From positions 544,001-608,000 of the forward strand of contig CAWCKY010000007.1 in the NCBI GenBank assembly GCA_963796275.1: a DNA stretch of 64,000 bases, in the 5' to 3' direction. Position 1 is the stretch's first letter. Each line of letters begins with the position of its first letter. Source of the stretch: an uncultured Acidobacteriota bacterium. Lineage in GTDB: Bacteria > Acidobacteriota > Blastocatellia > RBC074. Under the pieces are notes generated by a model. That model was not told the origin of the DNA and made no database searches. It worked only from the letters and a program-made list of their open reading frames with translations. The translations under genes were made by a program, and so were the position numbers. Positions 11,901 through 21,849 of this stretch are shown here, piece by piece.

Positions 11901-12486
11901 TGATCTGGTTTGCGCCGGTGGCGCCGTTCGCGCGGAAACTCGTCAGATTGCCGTTGGCTGTCGGACCGTTGAAGAGCGGATTGCCCGTGTAGAAGATGCC
12001 CGGCGTGAGAGTGGCCAACTGGTATGCCGTCCCTTCGGTCAACGGCAACTCGCTTATCTGGTTTCCGGAAACTATCGTTCCCGTGCTGACTGAACCGGTT
12101 TCCAGTATCGGCGAAGAACCGACTACTGTGACCGTCTCGGTCACACCGATCTCCATCTGGATGTCCAGCGACAATCTGTCGGCCACGCGGATCTCAATTC
12201 CTTCGCGAACCGCCGTCTTGAATCCCTGATTAGTTACCTGGAGCGTATATTTCCCAGGCTGTATGAGCGGGAAGTTATAACTGCCGTCTTCATTCGTCGT
12301 CGTGGTGGCGGTTATATTGGTCCCTGTATTTTTGATATTCACGGTTACTCCCGGGAGGGCCGCGCCCGCCGGGTCTGTGATTTTGCCTGTTATAGAACCG
12401 CGAAACTCCTGCCCGCTGGCAGTCACGGTCGCCGACAGAAGCAATAGCGTAAAAATCCAATAAAATCGTGTTTGGATATTATTCAT
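8932..12486 (-). CDS. TonB-dependent receptor with N-terminal carboxypeptidase-regulatory-like domain (Oar-like)
   Basis: Start moved to ATG 12486 (GAGGAG RBS); signal peptide, GSITGKITD, AVQEFKVQT, KSGTN, C-terminal PRDIQLGMKFTF. Confidence 0.93.
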   Translation of the reverse strand: MNNIQTRFYWIFTLLLLSATVTASGQEFRGSITGKITDPAGAALPGVTVNIKNTGTNITATTTTNEDGSYNFPLIQPGKYTLQVTNQGFKTAVREGIEIRVADRLSLDIQMEIGVTETVTVVGSSPILETGSVSTGTIVSGNQISELPLTEGTAYQLATLTPGIFYTGNPLFNGPTANGNLTSFRANGATGANQITLDGSPNYGFDGSVGFSPPSDAVQEFKVQTTLFDAQQGYSAGATVNVAVKSGTNDLHGSLWYFNRDRSRTANNFFSNQQGLERPERSYHRFGGVLSGPVYLPKLYNGRDRTFFLFSHERIRDNVAEPQLFDVPTELMRQGNFSELLAVGTQIYNPFSAPQSGTGNYMRTPFDGNIIPNGMLDPVALAYFKYYPLPNRTGGPDGTLNYFSNMNRRSNYRAWLTRIDHKISDKQSIFGKYYRSFNPEDRYDWAGVVNNFPITKGFEYRTNDGGNIDYTVTLSPTVVLDLRASINRFAQERRPAQDFDPALLGFTPEALGSMRGYNYLPRFDIRTYDQRRPTRSTLGSNRSDYNAGLLRPFQMGSIQPTVTKIFGNHASKFGYDLRIIRENFTSDGYQGGRFFFDGMYTSPVSNTTAALRNAYGRDVAAFLLGIPTTQTTQSRIENPVNYSLQSVFHGFFFHDDWRVTPKLTLNLGMRYEIEPGQTERYNRIVRDFDSATPSPIDAAARAAYTAAYNANPGNFLLPPDQFRILGGLIYADENNRAAWNADRSNFQPRIGAAYKLNEKTVLRAGFGIFTAPFMIETPYQIGFSGFTPFVPTNDNGRNFIATFDNPFPTGLQASPGASLGLLSNVGFDAGTQDNPLITPNRKNAKFARFILGFQRELPGQFVVEANFVMARGYDLAVTRSLNFVPRQYLGDTPDTADAAEAFLGDEIPNPFRNLLPGTGSPLNTDQEIERWRSMGAFPQFANVWLQQYNGTNRYSSLQFQAQKRFSNSFSFTGTYTWTRLRERVSYLNASDSVLENRISPDERPHRFTIAAVYQLPVGRGRRFGSGMNRIVDAFIGGWQFNGTYEWQKGEPFLFDDPLFYAGDLTELRSRVGQKNEQGETYGIDELSAFDSGLVALSDFGYRNVPSTLDNLRNQSFLNVNLSLTKNFSLSERKRLQFRAEALNAFNSPYFGAGLNLDPNNMAFGLVGAQRNNPRDIQLGMKFTF

Positions 12487-12845
12487 AGCACTCCTCTGAA
12501 AACTGAAATACCTCATCGTTTCAGTGCGCCGGCAAATGGTATGCAGTGCACCTCTACTCAAAGATTCTCAATTCCAGCAAAGCAAGGGTATTCAGCGATA
12601 TCGGCGGGGCAATAAGTCAGCTTGATTCAACCTGCCCGAATGGCGGACCTGATGGTAGAAGATATTCAATTCGCTATTCGAGCACATAGACCAAAGGTGG
12701 GCACAAATATACAGATAAGGGACGGCGCTTGTAAAATCTATAATTCCGAGCAGTTCGATCGATAAATTCGATGGATGAGGTCGAGCCGGCCCCTCGCGGT
12801 TCATATTCATCGGCCGGCGCGCTAAACCCGGATTACCGGCTTCAG

Positions 12846-13346
12846 TCAAACCCAGAGTTTTTTATTGAGCTCGAGGCCGTGCTCACGGCAATAGCTTACG
12901 TAATGGTTGATAAACCAGAAGACGTCGAGTGTCTCGAGCAGGTTATCGTTTTCGTCGAAGAATTCGATGGCCCCGTTGAGCCAGAATATCGTCTTCATGC
13001 CGTTAGGATCGTCGGAAACCAGAGTATGAATGGCGCCGGGGCTCTCCTGCACGTAACTGCCCGCCCGGGCGACCCAATCATATTCCAGGTATCGCCAACT
13101 CCCTTCCAGCGTGCAGGCGAAAATCCGGCCGCGATGGCGATGCCGGCCAAGCATCCCGCCCTTCTTTACCCAGAGAATGTTGGCGTACATGTTATTTCTC
13201 ACATCGAATGCGAGATGGCGGATGAAAACGTTCTCTACGTAAGGGACATATGGTGACTCATCTTCTCCGGGGCCGATATGAATGTCCGGAAAAGCATATT
13301 CTTTGACGACATCATCGAGGGTGCTTGTTGTGTCAATGACTGACAT
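12846..13346 (-). CDS. 2,4'-dihydroxyacetophenone dioxygenase (DAD) family cupin
   Basis: Start ATG 13346 with GGAGG RBS; RHRHRG, GSWRYLEYDWVARAGSYVQESPGAIHTL cupin motifs. Confidence 0.85.
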   Translation of the reverse strand: MSVIDTTSTLDDVVKEYAFPDIHIGPGEDESPYVPYVENVFIRHLAFDVRNNMYANILWVKKGGMLGRHRHRGRIFACTLEGSWRYLEYDWVARAGSYVQESPGAIHTLVSDDPNGMKTIFWLNGAIEFFDENDNLLETLDVFWFINHYVSYCREHGLELNKKLWV

Positions 13347-13560
13347 AGGTCCTCCGAAATGATTGGTAGGCAGGATTGGCCACTCCGCCATCCTGAAACC
13401 CGCCATAAATTCGCTGCTTTCCTAGAGACCCGGTACCTCCAGGTCGTTCGCAAAAGCCGTTACCATGAAGTTTTTAGATTTCACGCGCCAATAATCTTTG
13501 CTAAACCCGGTCCCATTAAATCTATTTCGAAGATAGCGATCGTTGTAGCTACAGTCGAGC

Positions 13561-15714
13561 TTACTTGGCACTGCTCTTTCCGCGTTTCTCTTCGTCCAGG
13601 CTCTGGTTTGCCCTGAAAATAACGTATGAGCGAATGTCCGTCGCATCTTTGCGCGTAATCTCTTGGGCAAAGGAAGACATGCCGGTCTTCTTTAATTTGC
13701 CTCCCAGTACGATGTCGAACCACAGATCGTTCGCGAGAGTGCTCGAATAACGCAGATCGGGCAATACTCCCCCCGCGACGGCAACATCTCCGTGGCAGGC
13801 GGCGCAGTAACGCTGGAATAACTGCTCACCCATCTTGAGCGTTGCTGCGTCGGCCTTTGACGGCGGAGGGGTGAGCACGGGCTCATCGAGTTTCGCTAAT
13901 TCCGGCAAACCGGCTTTTCCACCGATCTTGAAGACGAGCATTCGGCTGATATTACGAACGCGGCCGGATTTGAATGACACCTCGCCCGCGGCCAGCGGAA
14001 AGACGCCACCCCAACCTGCCAACACGGCTACGTACTGCTGGCCATTGACGGTATAAGTCACGGGTCCTGCCATAACGCCGGTCTGAGCTGCGAAGGACCA
14101 AACTTTCTCGCCTTTGTCGGCGCGATACGCTTCGAAGTTTCCGCTGGCCGTCCCTTCGAAGACGAGATTGCCCGCGGTCACCAGAACTCCGCCATTCCAG
14201 GGGCCGCGTCGATCTACCTTCCAAACCTCTTTTTGGTGTATCGGGTCCCATGCGAGCAGGCTTCCTCCCACGCTATCGATGATCGCTTTCTTAATCTTCG
14301 GATCTTGCGGCATTCCCGCCGCCACGACATCTATCCCGTAATTGTTGGCCAGTTTCTTGGGCTGAAACCCCTCGTCCGATTTATACAGGAACCCCGAGTC
14401 CTGTACCGGAATATAGACCAGGCCTGTGATGGGGCTGTATGACATAGGTTGCCAGCTGTGCGCGCCCAGAGGTCCCGGAAGTATCGGACCGGCCGGTTTG
14501 TCCGTGTAACGCGCGGTCGGCGCTTCGATCGGGCGTCCGCTCTTCATGTCGATGCCCGTCGCCCAGGTTACTTGAGTGTATGGCTTGGCGGAGATCAGTG
14601 CGCCGGTAGCGCGGTCTAGCACGTAGAAGAAGCCATTTTTGGGAGCGTGGAATAGCACCTTGCGCGCGCGACCTTCGACCGGCATATCGGCGAGTATTAT
14701 CTGCTGGCAGGCTGTGTAGTCCCACATCTCGCCCGGCGTCTCCTGGTAGTGCCAGACATATTCCCCCGTGTCCGGCTTGACTGCGACTATCGAGGAGAGG
14801 AAGAGATTATCGCCGCCACGGGGGCTGCGCACTCTCTGGTTCCATGGCGAGCCGTTGCCCACGCCGATGTAAAGAAGATCGAGCTCCGGGTCGTAAACTA
14901 TGGAGTCCCATACAGTCCCGCCGCCGCCGAACTTCCACCATTCGCCGGTCCAGGTCTTCGCGGCCTTCTCGAGAATCGGGCTCTCGAACGGTTTGGAAGG
15001 ATCGCCGGGGACCGTGTAGAAGCGCCACAGAATCTTGCCGCTCTCGGCGTCATACGCCGAAACGTAACCGCGCACCCCCATCTCCGCTCCGCCGTTGCCG
15101 ATGATAACTTTGCCCTTGGCCACGCGCGGCGCTCCCGTAATGGTGTAGCGAAAATTGCGGTCGATGGTGAGCGTCTCCCAGAGAGGTTTGCCGTTCGCCG
15201 CATCGAGCGCCACCAGCCTCCCATCGAGAGTGCCGACGAAAACTTTGCCCTTCCAGACCGCCACGCCGCGATTGACCACATCACAGCAGGCATTGACCGA
15301 CCACTCGGGCGGCACTTTCGGATCGTACGACCAGAGGAGCGCTCCGGTCGCGGCATTCAGCGCGAAGACCTTGCTCCAGGCGCTCGTGAAGTACATCACG
15401 CCGTCGACGACTATCGGCGTGGCTTCCTGGCCGCGATCCGTATCGAGGTCATAAAACCACGCAAGTCCCAGCCCTCCGATGTTGCGGTCATCGATCTCCT
15501 TCAATGGGCTGAATCGTTGTTCACTGTATGTGCGGCCGTGGCTCATCCAGTTTCCGGGCTCCTGGTCGGCGCCGGTTATGCGCGCCCCGTCGACATTTGC
15601 CGGTTTTTGGCTTGAGGCCGGGCCGTCACTTGACTGTTGACCGCGGGATATCCACCCGCCGTAGATTGAGAGCGCCAAAACCATCGCGATGACGCGAACA
15701 GTAGAACGAGTCAT
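13561..15714 (-). CDS. PQQ-dependent quinohemoprotein alcohol dehydrogenase (type II)
   Basis: Signal peptide, RFSPL, vicinal cysteines [19 protein letters not shown]-terminal heme motif CAACH. Confidence 0.95.
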   Translation of the reverse strand: MTRSTVRVIAMVLALSIYGGWISRGQQSSDGPASSQKPANVDGARITGADQEPGNWMSHGRTYSEQRFSPLKEIDDRNIGGLGLAWFYDLDTDRGQEATPIVVDGVMYFTSAWSKVFALNAATGALLWSYDPKVPPEWSVNACCDVVNRGVAVWKGKVFVGTLDGRLVALDAANGKPLWETLTIDRNFRYTITGAPRVAKGKVIIGNGGAEMGVRGYVSAYDAESGKILWRFYTVPGDPSKPFESPILEKAAKTWTGEWWKFGGGGTVWDSIVYDPELDLLYIGVGNGSPWNQRVRSPRGGDNLFLSSIVAVKPDTGEYVWHYQETPGEMWDYTACQQIILADMPVEGRARKVLFHAPKNGFFYVLDRATGALISAKPYTQVTWATGIDMKSGRPIEAPTARYTDKPAGPILPGPLGAHSWQPMSYSPITGLVYIPVQDSGFLYKSDEGFQPKKLANNYGIDVVAAGMPQDPKIKKAIIDSVGGSLLAWDPIHQKEVWKVDRRGPWNGGVLVTAGNLVFEGTASGNFEAYRADKGEKVWSFAAQTGVMAGPVTYTVNGQQYVAVLAGWGGVFPLAAGEVSFKSGRVRNISRMLVFKIGGKAGLPELAKLDEPVLTPPPSKADAATLKMGEQLFQRYCAACHGDVAVAGGVLPDLRYSSTLANDLWFDIVLGGKLKKTGMSSFAQEITRKDATDIRSYVIFRANQSLDEEKRGKSSAK

Positions 15715-15791
15715 ATTTTCTCCTCAGACCGCCTTGTTCAGTCGGTGAGCTTTCCTATCGTCTCAGCCCCCCGAATAGGTCAAACACATTG

Positions 15792-15805
15792 TTTGATATA
15801 TCAAA
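15792..15805. promoter_or_regulatory. Palindromic operator candidate TTTGATATATCAAA between the divergent ADH and TBDR genes
   Basis: Perfect 14-bp palindrome, extendable by ACATT/AATGT; regulator unknown (GntR-like by resemblance only). Confidence 0.5.
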
Positions 15806-16008
15806 AATGTCACGCAAGCAAGGAGAGGCATTACGTTAATACCTTTTTCTCGTTGGGTCTTGTGATCGAATAAAGCCCAATTCTGATATGGCAGAGATGC
15901 AGCTTTTTCTTGACACCGAGTAGCGGCAATCTGCATACTCGTAACATTCGCTTAAGCGTTCCCGCAAAACTTCTCGTCTCCGACCTGTCGGTGAAAGGGG
16001 TGTATGTT

Positions 16009-19000
16009 ATGAGCGTTCGAACCGGCCTTAAATATTTCATTGTTATCGTCATTATACTTGGTTGTACCACAACCGGCTTTTCCCAGGCCACCACCAGCTT
16101 CGCTCAACTCAACGGAACAGTATTCGATCCAAACGGCGCCGCGGTGGCAAAAGCCGCGATCGCGCTTCGGCATCTCGATACCAATCAACTTTATACGGCG
16201 GTCTCCAACGACGCCGGGCGCTATCTGATTCCCAATCTCCGGCCGGGAAGATATGAGTTGACGGTCAACTATAGCGGGTTTGCCAAATACACGCAGCCCG
16301 AGATCATATTGAACGTGGGGCAAACCGCGACTGTCAATGTGAATTTGAGGGTAACGGTGGAGGAATCGATCTCGGTCACCGGCGAAGCGGCTGCCATTGA
16401 GCCGACGCGCACCGAGATCAGTCAGGTGATCGAGACTCGGCAGATCGCGTCACTGCCCGTCAGCGGCCGCCTCTTCACCGATTTCGCCCTCTTGACCCCG
16501 GGGGTGGCCACGGGCCGCACCAGTCTTGGTGCTACGTTCACCGAGTTCGAGATAACGCAGATATCTTTCGGCGGCATGCGCTCCTTCAGCAATCTGATCA
16601 CCGTGGACGGATCCGACTTCATCAACTCGATTACCGGCGTGCAGCGCGCCACGCCCCCACAGGAATCGGTGCAGGAGTTCCGGGTGGTCAACAATAGCTT
16701 CGGCACCGAATACGGGCGTGCCCTCGGCGGGATCGTCAATGTGGTCACCAAGTCCGGCACGAATGAATGGCACGGATCGGTATACGAATATTTTCAGAAC
16801 AGCGCGTTGAACGCGCGTTCATTGTTACAGCCGGAACCGCAATCGAAAACGCTCAGGCAAAACCAGTTCGGGGCGTCAATCGGCGGGCCGATCATCAAGG
16901 ACAAGACCTTCCTCTTCGCGAATTACGAGGGCCAGCGGCGCGCGGAAGCTCCGGTCTTTCCGCCCAGTCTTGTGAACGGGCTCGCAGCGATCAATCAGGC
17001 CAAGGCATATCTAGGCATTGCGCCCGAAGATATTACGGTTTTGAAGATCAAAAATAACGATTATGGTTTCGCTCGCGTCGATCATCAGCTCACCAAGAAC
17101 AATCGCATATCGTTCCGGTTCAACATTGAGAATGCACGCGACCCCAATCAGTTGGTAGGCAATACGGAAGATGGAGGCGGCATCGGCACGCCCAGCGGCG
17201 GGCGTAATCTATTCATTAACGATCAATCGCTGGTCGGCACGCTGAATTCTGTCCTGAGGCCCAACCTGGTCAATACATTTCTGGTGCAATATGCCAGAAG
17301 GCGTTACGATTTTCCTGGTTCAACTGGCGAGCCGAATCTGGACATCCCCAATGACCTCTCATTCGGCCACAACTTCGGCGCTTTAGATGAGATCTACGAG
17401 GATCGCCTCCAATTCTCCAACACGCTGGGATGGGTCAAGGGGAATCATTACGCGAAATTCGGGTACGATGCCAACTATATATGGGATTCCACCATCTATC
17501 CGGGATTCACGCCGGTTCGGGTCATCCTGCCGGGCATCAACTGCCTGATCGATTTCGCCAATTTTGTGAATGTCGGAGGCGGACCGCCGCTCGCTCCGGT
17601 GTCCGGCCAGGCGTGTTCTCTTCCTCCATTTTTCGGAGGAGTGGGAGCGACTTTCTATGGCGTCGCGCTCGCGCGAAACGAATATGTGGACGGACAATTC
17701 CCGCTCAACAATGCTCGCCCGCTGGATGTGCGGACCTGGGCAAATGCTTTTGATCCAGCATTGAGAGAGAGCTATCAATATAAACTCAACCACAGCTATC
17801 AGGGATTTTTCGCCCAGGATCAATGGAAAATGACTCCCAAATTAACCGTCAACTATGGCCTGCGGTATGACTTTGAGACCGGTTTGGGAAACCAGATCGA
17901 TTCATATTGGGGAGCTGTCCAGCCGAGAGTGGGACTGGCCTATTCTCCAGACAATAAGACCGTTATCCGCGCCGGCTACGGCCTATTTTTTGACCGCAAT
18001 AATATGACGTTCTTCTTTATTACGGGAAACCAGAAGACGATCCCCGGCTTCTTGCCTGGAATAACTCTTCCGATGATACAGAATGGCGCGGATACGGGCG
18101 GCTGGCAGTTGAATCTGGTCAATGCGGCTGCGTTCTTGCCGTCACCGCTCATATGTCAAGGTATTACGCCCGAAGGAGCGCCTCCAGGATTTTGCCTCGG
18201 CGCGGCTGCAACCGCGGCCAAGAGCATCATCACGACGGGCGCCTATCCGCGCGTATTTCTTGCCGGTGATTGTCCACCGGCTTGCACCGTCGGAGCCGGA
18301 GGGATGGCGCGCAACAATCACAAGCTGCCGTATGCCAATCAGGCGAGCCTCGAGATCAACCGCGAAGTCGCAAAAGGGCTGACGGTCGGCGGCGGATATC
18401 TCTTCGTCGGCTCGCACAGGCTGATACTGGGCAATGGTTTGAACATCCCGTGTCCCCAGGGGACGAGTAAGCCGCAGAATCCCGCCATCGCTCAGGGATG
18501 GCTAAATCCGGACGGGACGCTCTCCAATTGCTCGGGGACGCCCTTATTGCTGGCCGGCAAACCTGTTTTCACAGACTCGCTGGAATTTCCCAATGGCGGA
18601 TTTCTCGACTACAACAATGGAGTCGTCAACGCGTACTACCATGGCCTCGCTCTGCAATTGACCCAGAGGCTCGGCAGAAATCTCTATCTCAACGCCAACT
18701 ACACGTACTCGCACATCATCGACAACGGAAACTTCACTACTTTCATCAACCTCCCGCAGAACCAGTTCGATTACGCATCGGAGAAAGCGAATTCGAACCA
18801 GGATGTTCGTCACAGGTTTGTTGCGAACTTCAATATGACCGCACCGGATAGGAGTTTTCTGCGTAACTTTTCATTGAGCGGAATACTCACATTGCAGACC
18901 GGACGCCCCTTCACCATCTTCACGGGCGGCGACTCGAACGGTGACACGAACCCGGTAACCGATCGCGTCGGTCTGATAGGCAGGAATACTTACATCGGCG

Positions 19001-19350
19001 ATGCGCTGCGCGCGCTCGACCTGAGGATTTCGCGATACATTCAAATACGCGAGGGCGTGAGGCTCGATCTGATGTTCGATGCGTTCAACCTCTTCAACCG
19101 CCCCAACGTCGATGAAGTATTCAGCGTTTACGGCTCCCCGATCTTCTGCGGAGCCGTACCGGCGCAGTATCGGGATACCGCATCTCGCGCAATCCAGAGC
19201 GGGCAGGCCTGTCCCGCTTTCGCGGCTCCGGCTGGAGTCACCGTGCCGGCGCAGTTTTTTGTACCACCAACTCCGAACCCTAATTTTGGAACGCCGAGAA
19301 CAATGCTGAACCCGCGGCAATTACAGTTCGCGGTGAAGTTCACGTTTTAG
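16009..19350 (+). CDS. TonB-dependent receptor (Oar-like)
   Basis: Likely ATG 16009; signal peptide, SVQEFRVV, TKSGTNEWHG, C-terminal PRQLQFAVKFTF. Confidence 0.93.
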   Translation: MSVRTGLKYFIVIVIILGCTTTGFSQATTSFAQLNGTVFDPNGAAVAKAAIALRHLDTNQLYTAVSNDAGRYLIPNLRPGRYELTVNYSGFAKYTQPEIILNVGQTATVNVNLRVTVEESISVTGEAAAIEPTRTEISQVIETRQIASLPVSGRLFTDFALLTPGVATGRTSLGATFTEFEITQISFGGMRSFSNLITVDGSDFINSITGVQRATPPQESVQEFRVVNNSFGTEYGRALGGIVNVVTKSGTNEWHGSVYEYFQNSALNARSLLQPEPQSKTLRQNQFGASIGGPIIKDKTFLFANYEGQRRAEAPVFPPSLVNGLAAINQAKAYLGIAPEDITVLKIKNNDYGFARVDHQLTKNNRISFRFNIENARDPNQLVGNTEDGGGIGTPSGGRNLFINDQSLVGTLNSVLRPNLVNTFLVQYARRRYDFPGSTGEPNLDIPNDLSFGHNFGALDEIYEDRLQFSNTLGWVKGNHYAKFGYDANYIWDSTIYPGFTPVRVILPGINCLIDFANFVNVGGGPPLAPVSGQACSLPPFFGGVGATFYGVALARNEYVDGQFPLNNARPLDVRTWANAFDPALRESYQYKLNHSYQGFFAQDQWKMTPKLTVNYGLRYDFETGLGNQIDSYWGAVQPRVGLAYSPDNKTVIRAGYGLFFDRNNMTFFFITGNQKTIPGFLPGITLPMIQNGADTGGWQLNLVNAAAFLPSPLICQGITPEGAPPGFCLGAAATAAKSIITTGAYPRVFLAGDCPPACTVGAGGMARNNHKLPYANQASLEINREVAKGLTVGGGYLFVGSHRLILGNGLNIPCPQGTSKPQNPAIAQGWLNPDGTLSNCSGTPLLLAGKPVFTDSLEFPNGGFLDYNNGVVNAYYHGLALQLTQRLGRNLYLNANYTYSHIIDNGNFTTFINLPQNQFDYASEKANSNQDVRHRFVANFNMTAPDRSFLRNFSLSGILTLQTGRPFTIFTGGDSNGDTNPVTDRVGLIGRNTYIGDALRALDLRISRYIQIREGVRLDLMFDAFNLFNRPNVDEVFSVYGSPIFCGAVPAQYRDTASRAIQSGQACPAFAAPAGVTVPAQFFVPPTPNPNFGTPRTMLNPRQLQFAVKFTF

Positions 19351-19525
19351 CGCATTCAAGAAAAAGACGTCATGCATCAAGCGCCAAAGGGGCGCGGAAT
19401 GGAATAGCCGGGCTATTCGGGATTTGAGTCTCATTGGTGACTTGACCAGGGGGGGACCTTTGCTCCACCTCTGCATAATAAAGCTTGCGCAATATAGCTT
19501 GCGCAAAAGTGAGAATGCCGAAACA

Positions 19526-19602
19526 ATCAGACCGCGAGCGGCGCGAGCGAGCCTCTATCAACGATTAACGAAGACTCGCTCGCTACCGCTCGCGGTACTG
19601 AT
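19526..19602. repeat. REP-like inverted doublet (ACCGCGAGCGG...CCGCTCGCGGT)
   Basis: ATCAGACCGCGAGCGGCGCGAGCGAG pairs imperfectly with CTCGCTCGCTACCGCTCGCGGTACTGAT. Confidence 0.75.
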
Positions 19603-19624
19603 TTTTGATGTGAGGTGCTAGAAC

Positions 19625-20992
19625 ATGTCAATCCCGGTTGCTGGAACCGATCAGACAACAGCGCATGAATCCCGCAGGTCAAGTATGCGCTACGCCTGGT
19701 ATGTCGTATTCGTCTTGATGATCTGTTACACGATCTCGTTTATCGATCGCCAGATACTCAGTCTTCTGGTCGCCCCCATCAAGCGTGATCTCGGCATCAG
19801 TGATACTAAAATCGGGTTGTTGCAGGGGCTTGCATTCGCCCTGTTCTATACGTTGCTCGGGTTCCCGCTGGGCTGGATTGCCGATCGTTACAGCCGGCGC
19901 AATCTGATAGCCGCGGGCGTATTCTTCTGGAGTCTGATGACGGCGCTAAGCAGCATCGCCACGAGTTTCTCGTCATTGTTCTTCGCGCGTATGGGCGTCG
20001 GAGTCGGCGAAGCCACACTGGGACCGTCAGCATTCTCTTTGATATCAGACTACTTTCCCAAAGAGCGGCTGGGGGGCGCCCTGAGCGTTTATTCTATGGG
20101 CATATTCATCGGTTCAGGGCTCGCGCTCATTGTCGGTGGGACGGTGGTCGGCGCCGTGCAGGAGATGCCCGCCGTCACTATGCCGGTGATCGGTGTAATG
20201 GCTTCATGGCGCCTCACTTTTCTGATCGTCGGAATCCCCGGGCTCGCCATCGGCCTTCTCGCCTATACTATTCAGGAGCCTCTTCGCCGGAACCTTTTAC
20301 GAAACTCGGACGGAATGGTCATGCAGTTGAATATACGCGATGTCGTGCGCCAGCTGGTATTACGCTGGAAGTCGGTCGTCGGGGTCTCGCTGGCGCTGTC
20401 GTCGCAGGCGATGTGCAATTATGCAATGCTCGCCTGGTCGCCGACATTTTTTCAGCGCGTCCACAATTGGAGCCCCAGCAAGACTGGCTTGATCCTCGGC
20501 AGCATGATTCTTACGGTGGGGATTATCGGGATGTATTTCGGCGGCAGGCTTTGTGATCACTGGATGGAACGGCGGATCAAAGAAGCGCCGTTGAAAGTGG
20601 GGGTGATCAGCACCGTCTGCGCCGGGCTCTTTTTCGGTCTGTCGATGAACATGCCGAGTCTTACGTTGCTGCTGGCCTTTATGGTTCCCGCGCAGTTCTT
20701 TCTAGCCATGCCGGTCGGGAGTTCTTATGCGGCTTTGCAACTGATCTTTCCCAACCAGATGCGCGGTCAGGTGTCGGCCCTGTTGATCTTCACCATCAAC
20801 ATCGGAGGTTTGGTGCTGGGGCCATTCCTCCCCGGCTTCTTCAACGATTACCTGTTCAATGACGAAAACATGGTTGGCTATTCGCTTACGCTCACAGTAG
20901 TCATGGCTTCATTGGTGTCGGCGGTGTTATTTAGATCGACTTATGGGCCATATAGAAGACATTACGCGCAGATGCAGGAAATGGTCGTGTGA
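19625..20992 (+). CDS. MFS transporter, spinster-like
   Basis: SFIDRQILSLL, motif A GWIADRYSRR, RMGVGVGEA, about 12 hydrophobic segments. Confidence 0.92.
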   Translation: MSIPVAGTDQTTAHESRRSSMRYAWYVVFVLMICYTISFIDRQILSLLVAPIKRDLGISDTKIGLLQGLAFALFYTLLGFPLGWIADRYSRRNLIAAGVFFWSLMTALSSIATSFSSLFFARMGVGVGEATLGPSAFSLISDYFPKERLGGALSVYSMGIFIGSGLALIVGGTVVGAVQEMPAVTMPVIGVMASWRLTFLIVGIPGLAIGLLAYTIQEPLRRNLLRNSDGMVMQLNIRDVVRQLVLRWKSVVGVSLALSSQAMCNYAMLAWSPTFFQRVHNWSPSKTGLILGSMILTVGIIGMYFGGRLCDHWMERRIKEAPLKVGVISTVCAGLFFGLSMNMPSLTLLLAFMVPAQFFLAMPVGSSYAALQLIFPNQMRGQVSALLIFTINIGGLVLGPFLPGFFNDYLFNDENMVGYSLTLTVVMASLVSAVLFRSTYGPYRRHYAQMQEMVV

Positions 20993-21093
20993 TGCGGATC
21001 CGCGTCGATACATGCCGCGAGGCGGGAGTCGCGAATTCGTAGCGTACCGATCAAAGTTTTGATAATTTATAGCCAGTAATAGAAAGGGCGAAT

Positions 21094-21777
21094 ATGTCGG
21101 ATATTACCGGAAGGCAATGTGTACATTGCGGAGCGGGCCTCGCGATGGGGCGCCGGTACTGTCTCGTTTGCCAGATGCCGGTTCCCGACACCGCGCCGCT
21201 TCTTAATGCGCAAACGGGGGAAGCGGAGCAGACCGGATCGTCAGGTCAACTTGCTGACATCGTCCGCCAGATACCTTCCACGCATCGGCCGGACAAGACG
21301 CTGGTTTTCGTGCCGGAGCGTCGCGAAGCCCGCCTCAGACGAAAGCGCCGCAATCGACGCATCATCATCTCGAGTCTGATCGGTTGCGTCATCCTGATCA
21401 CTCTGTCCGTTATTTACTTTCGCGCTGCCGAACAGAAACAAGCGCTCGCCCGGCAACAGCGGCGCGAATTGATGGCGCGTGGGGAGCTCGATCGGTTCGC
21501 CAAGTCGCTGGAATTTTTCTACGAAGATGTTGGGCGTTACCCCACGGAAAAAGAGGGCCTCGCCGCACTCAGCACGCGGCCGATCGCGGCCGCCAACTGG
21601 CACGGCCCATATATCGACGGCGATTTTTCGGTCGACCCCTGGGGCAACGATTATATTTATAAGGGTTATGATGATGGCGAGGGGTACGAACTGTTCTCGT
21701 ATGGGCCCGATGGGGAAGAGGGTAAAAAAATATTTCTGCAAGTGAATTCGACCGGCCAGGGCGCGGCTCCCAAATAG
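21094..21777 (+). CDS. Zinc-ribbon + TM + GspG-like (T2SSG) pseudopilin-domain protein
   Basis: CVHC...CLVC N-terminus, basic stretch, TM helix, then GRYPTEKEGLAAL, WHGPY, DPWGNDY, LFSYGPDG. Confidence 0.75.
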   Translation: MSDITGRQCVHCGAGLAMGRRYCLVCQMPVPDTAPLLNAQTGEAEQTGSSGQLADIVRQIPSTHRPDKTLVFVPERREARLRRKRRNRRIIISSLIGCVILITLSVIYFRAAEQKQALARQQRRELMARGELDRFAKSLEFFYEDVGRYPTEKEGLAALSTRPIAAANWHGPYIDGDFSVDPWGNDYIYKGYDDGEGYELFSYGPDGEEGKKIFLQVNSTGQGAAPK

Positions 21778-21849
21778 TAATGATAATTTATAGACAAATT
21801 GATAATTCGTATAAATTGAAGCCACAGTGTGTACGAACTATTATCAATT

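Noticed and set aside
12487-12845. Cobalamin or other riboswitch upstream of the TBDR
   Set aside because: No conserved riboswitch boxes recognised by eye; an Infernal/Rfam scan would settle it
14749-15615. Long antisense ORFs (also 9649-10617, 35692-36414, 52724-53428, 60009-60770)
   Set aside because: Shadows of well-supported genes in GC-rich DNA
13561-15714. Lanthanide-dependent dehydrogenase
   Set aside because: The active-site motif reads WDYT, lacking the extra Asp (D-x-D) of lanthanide-binding enzymes
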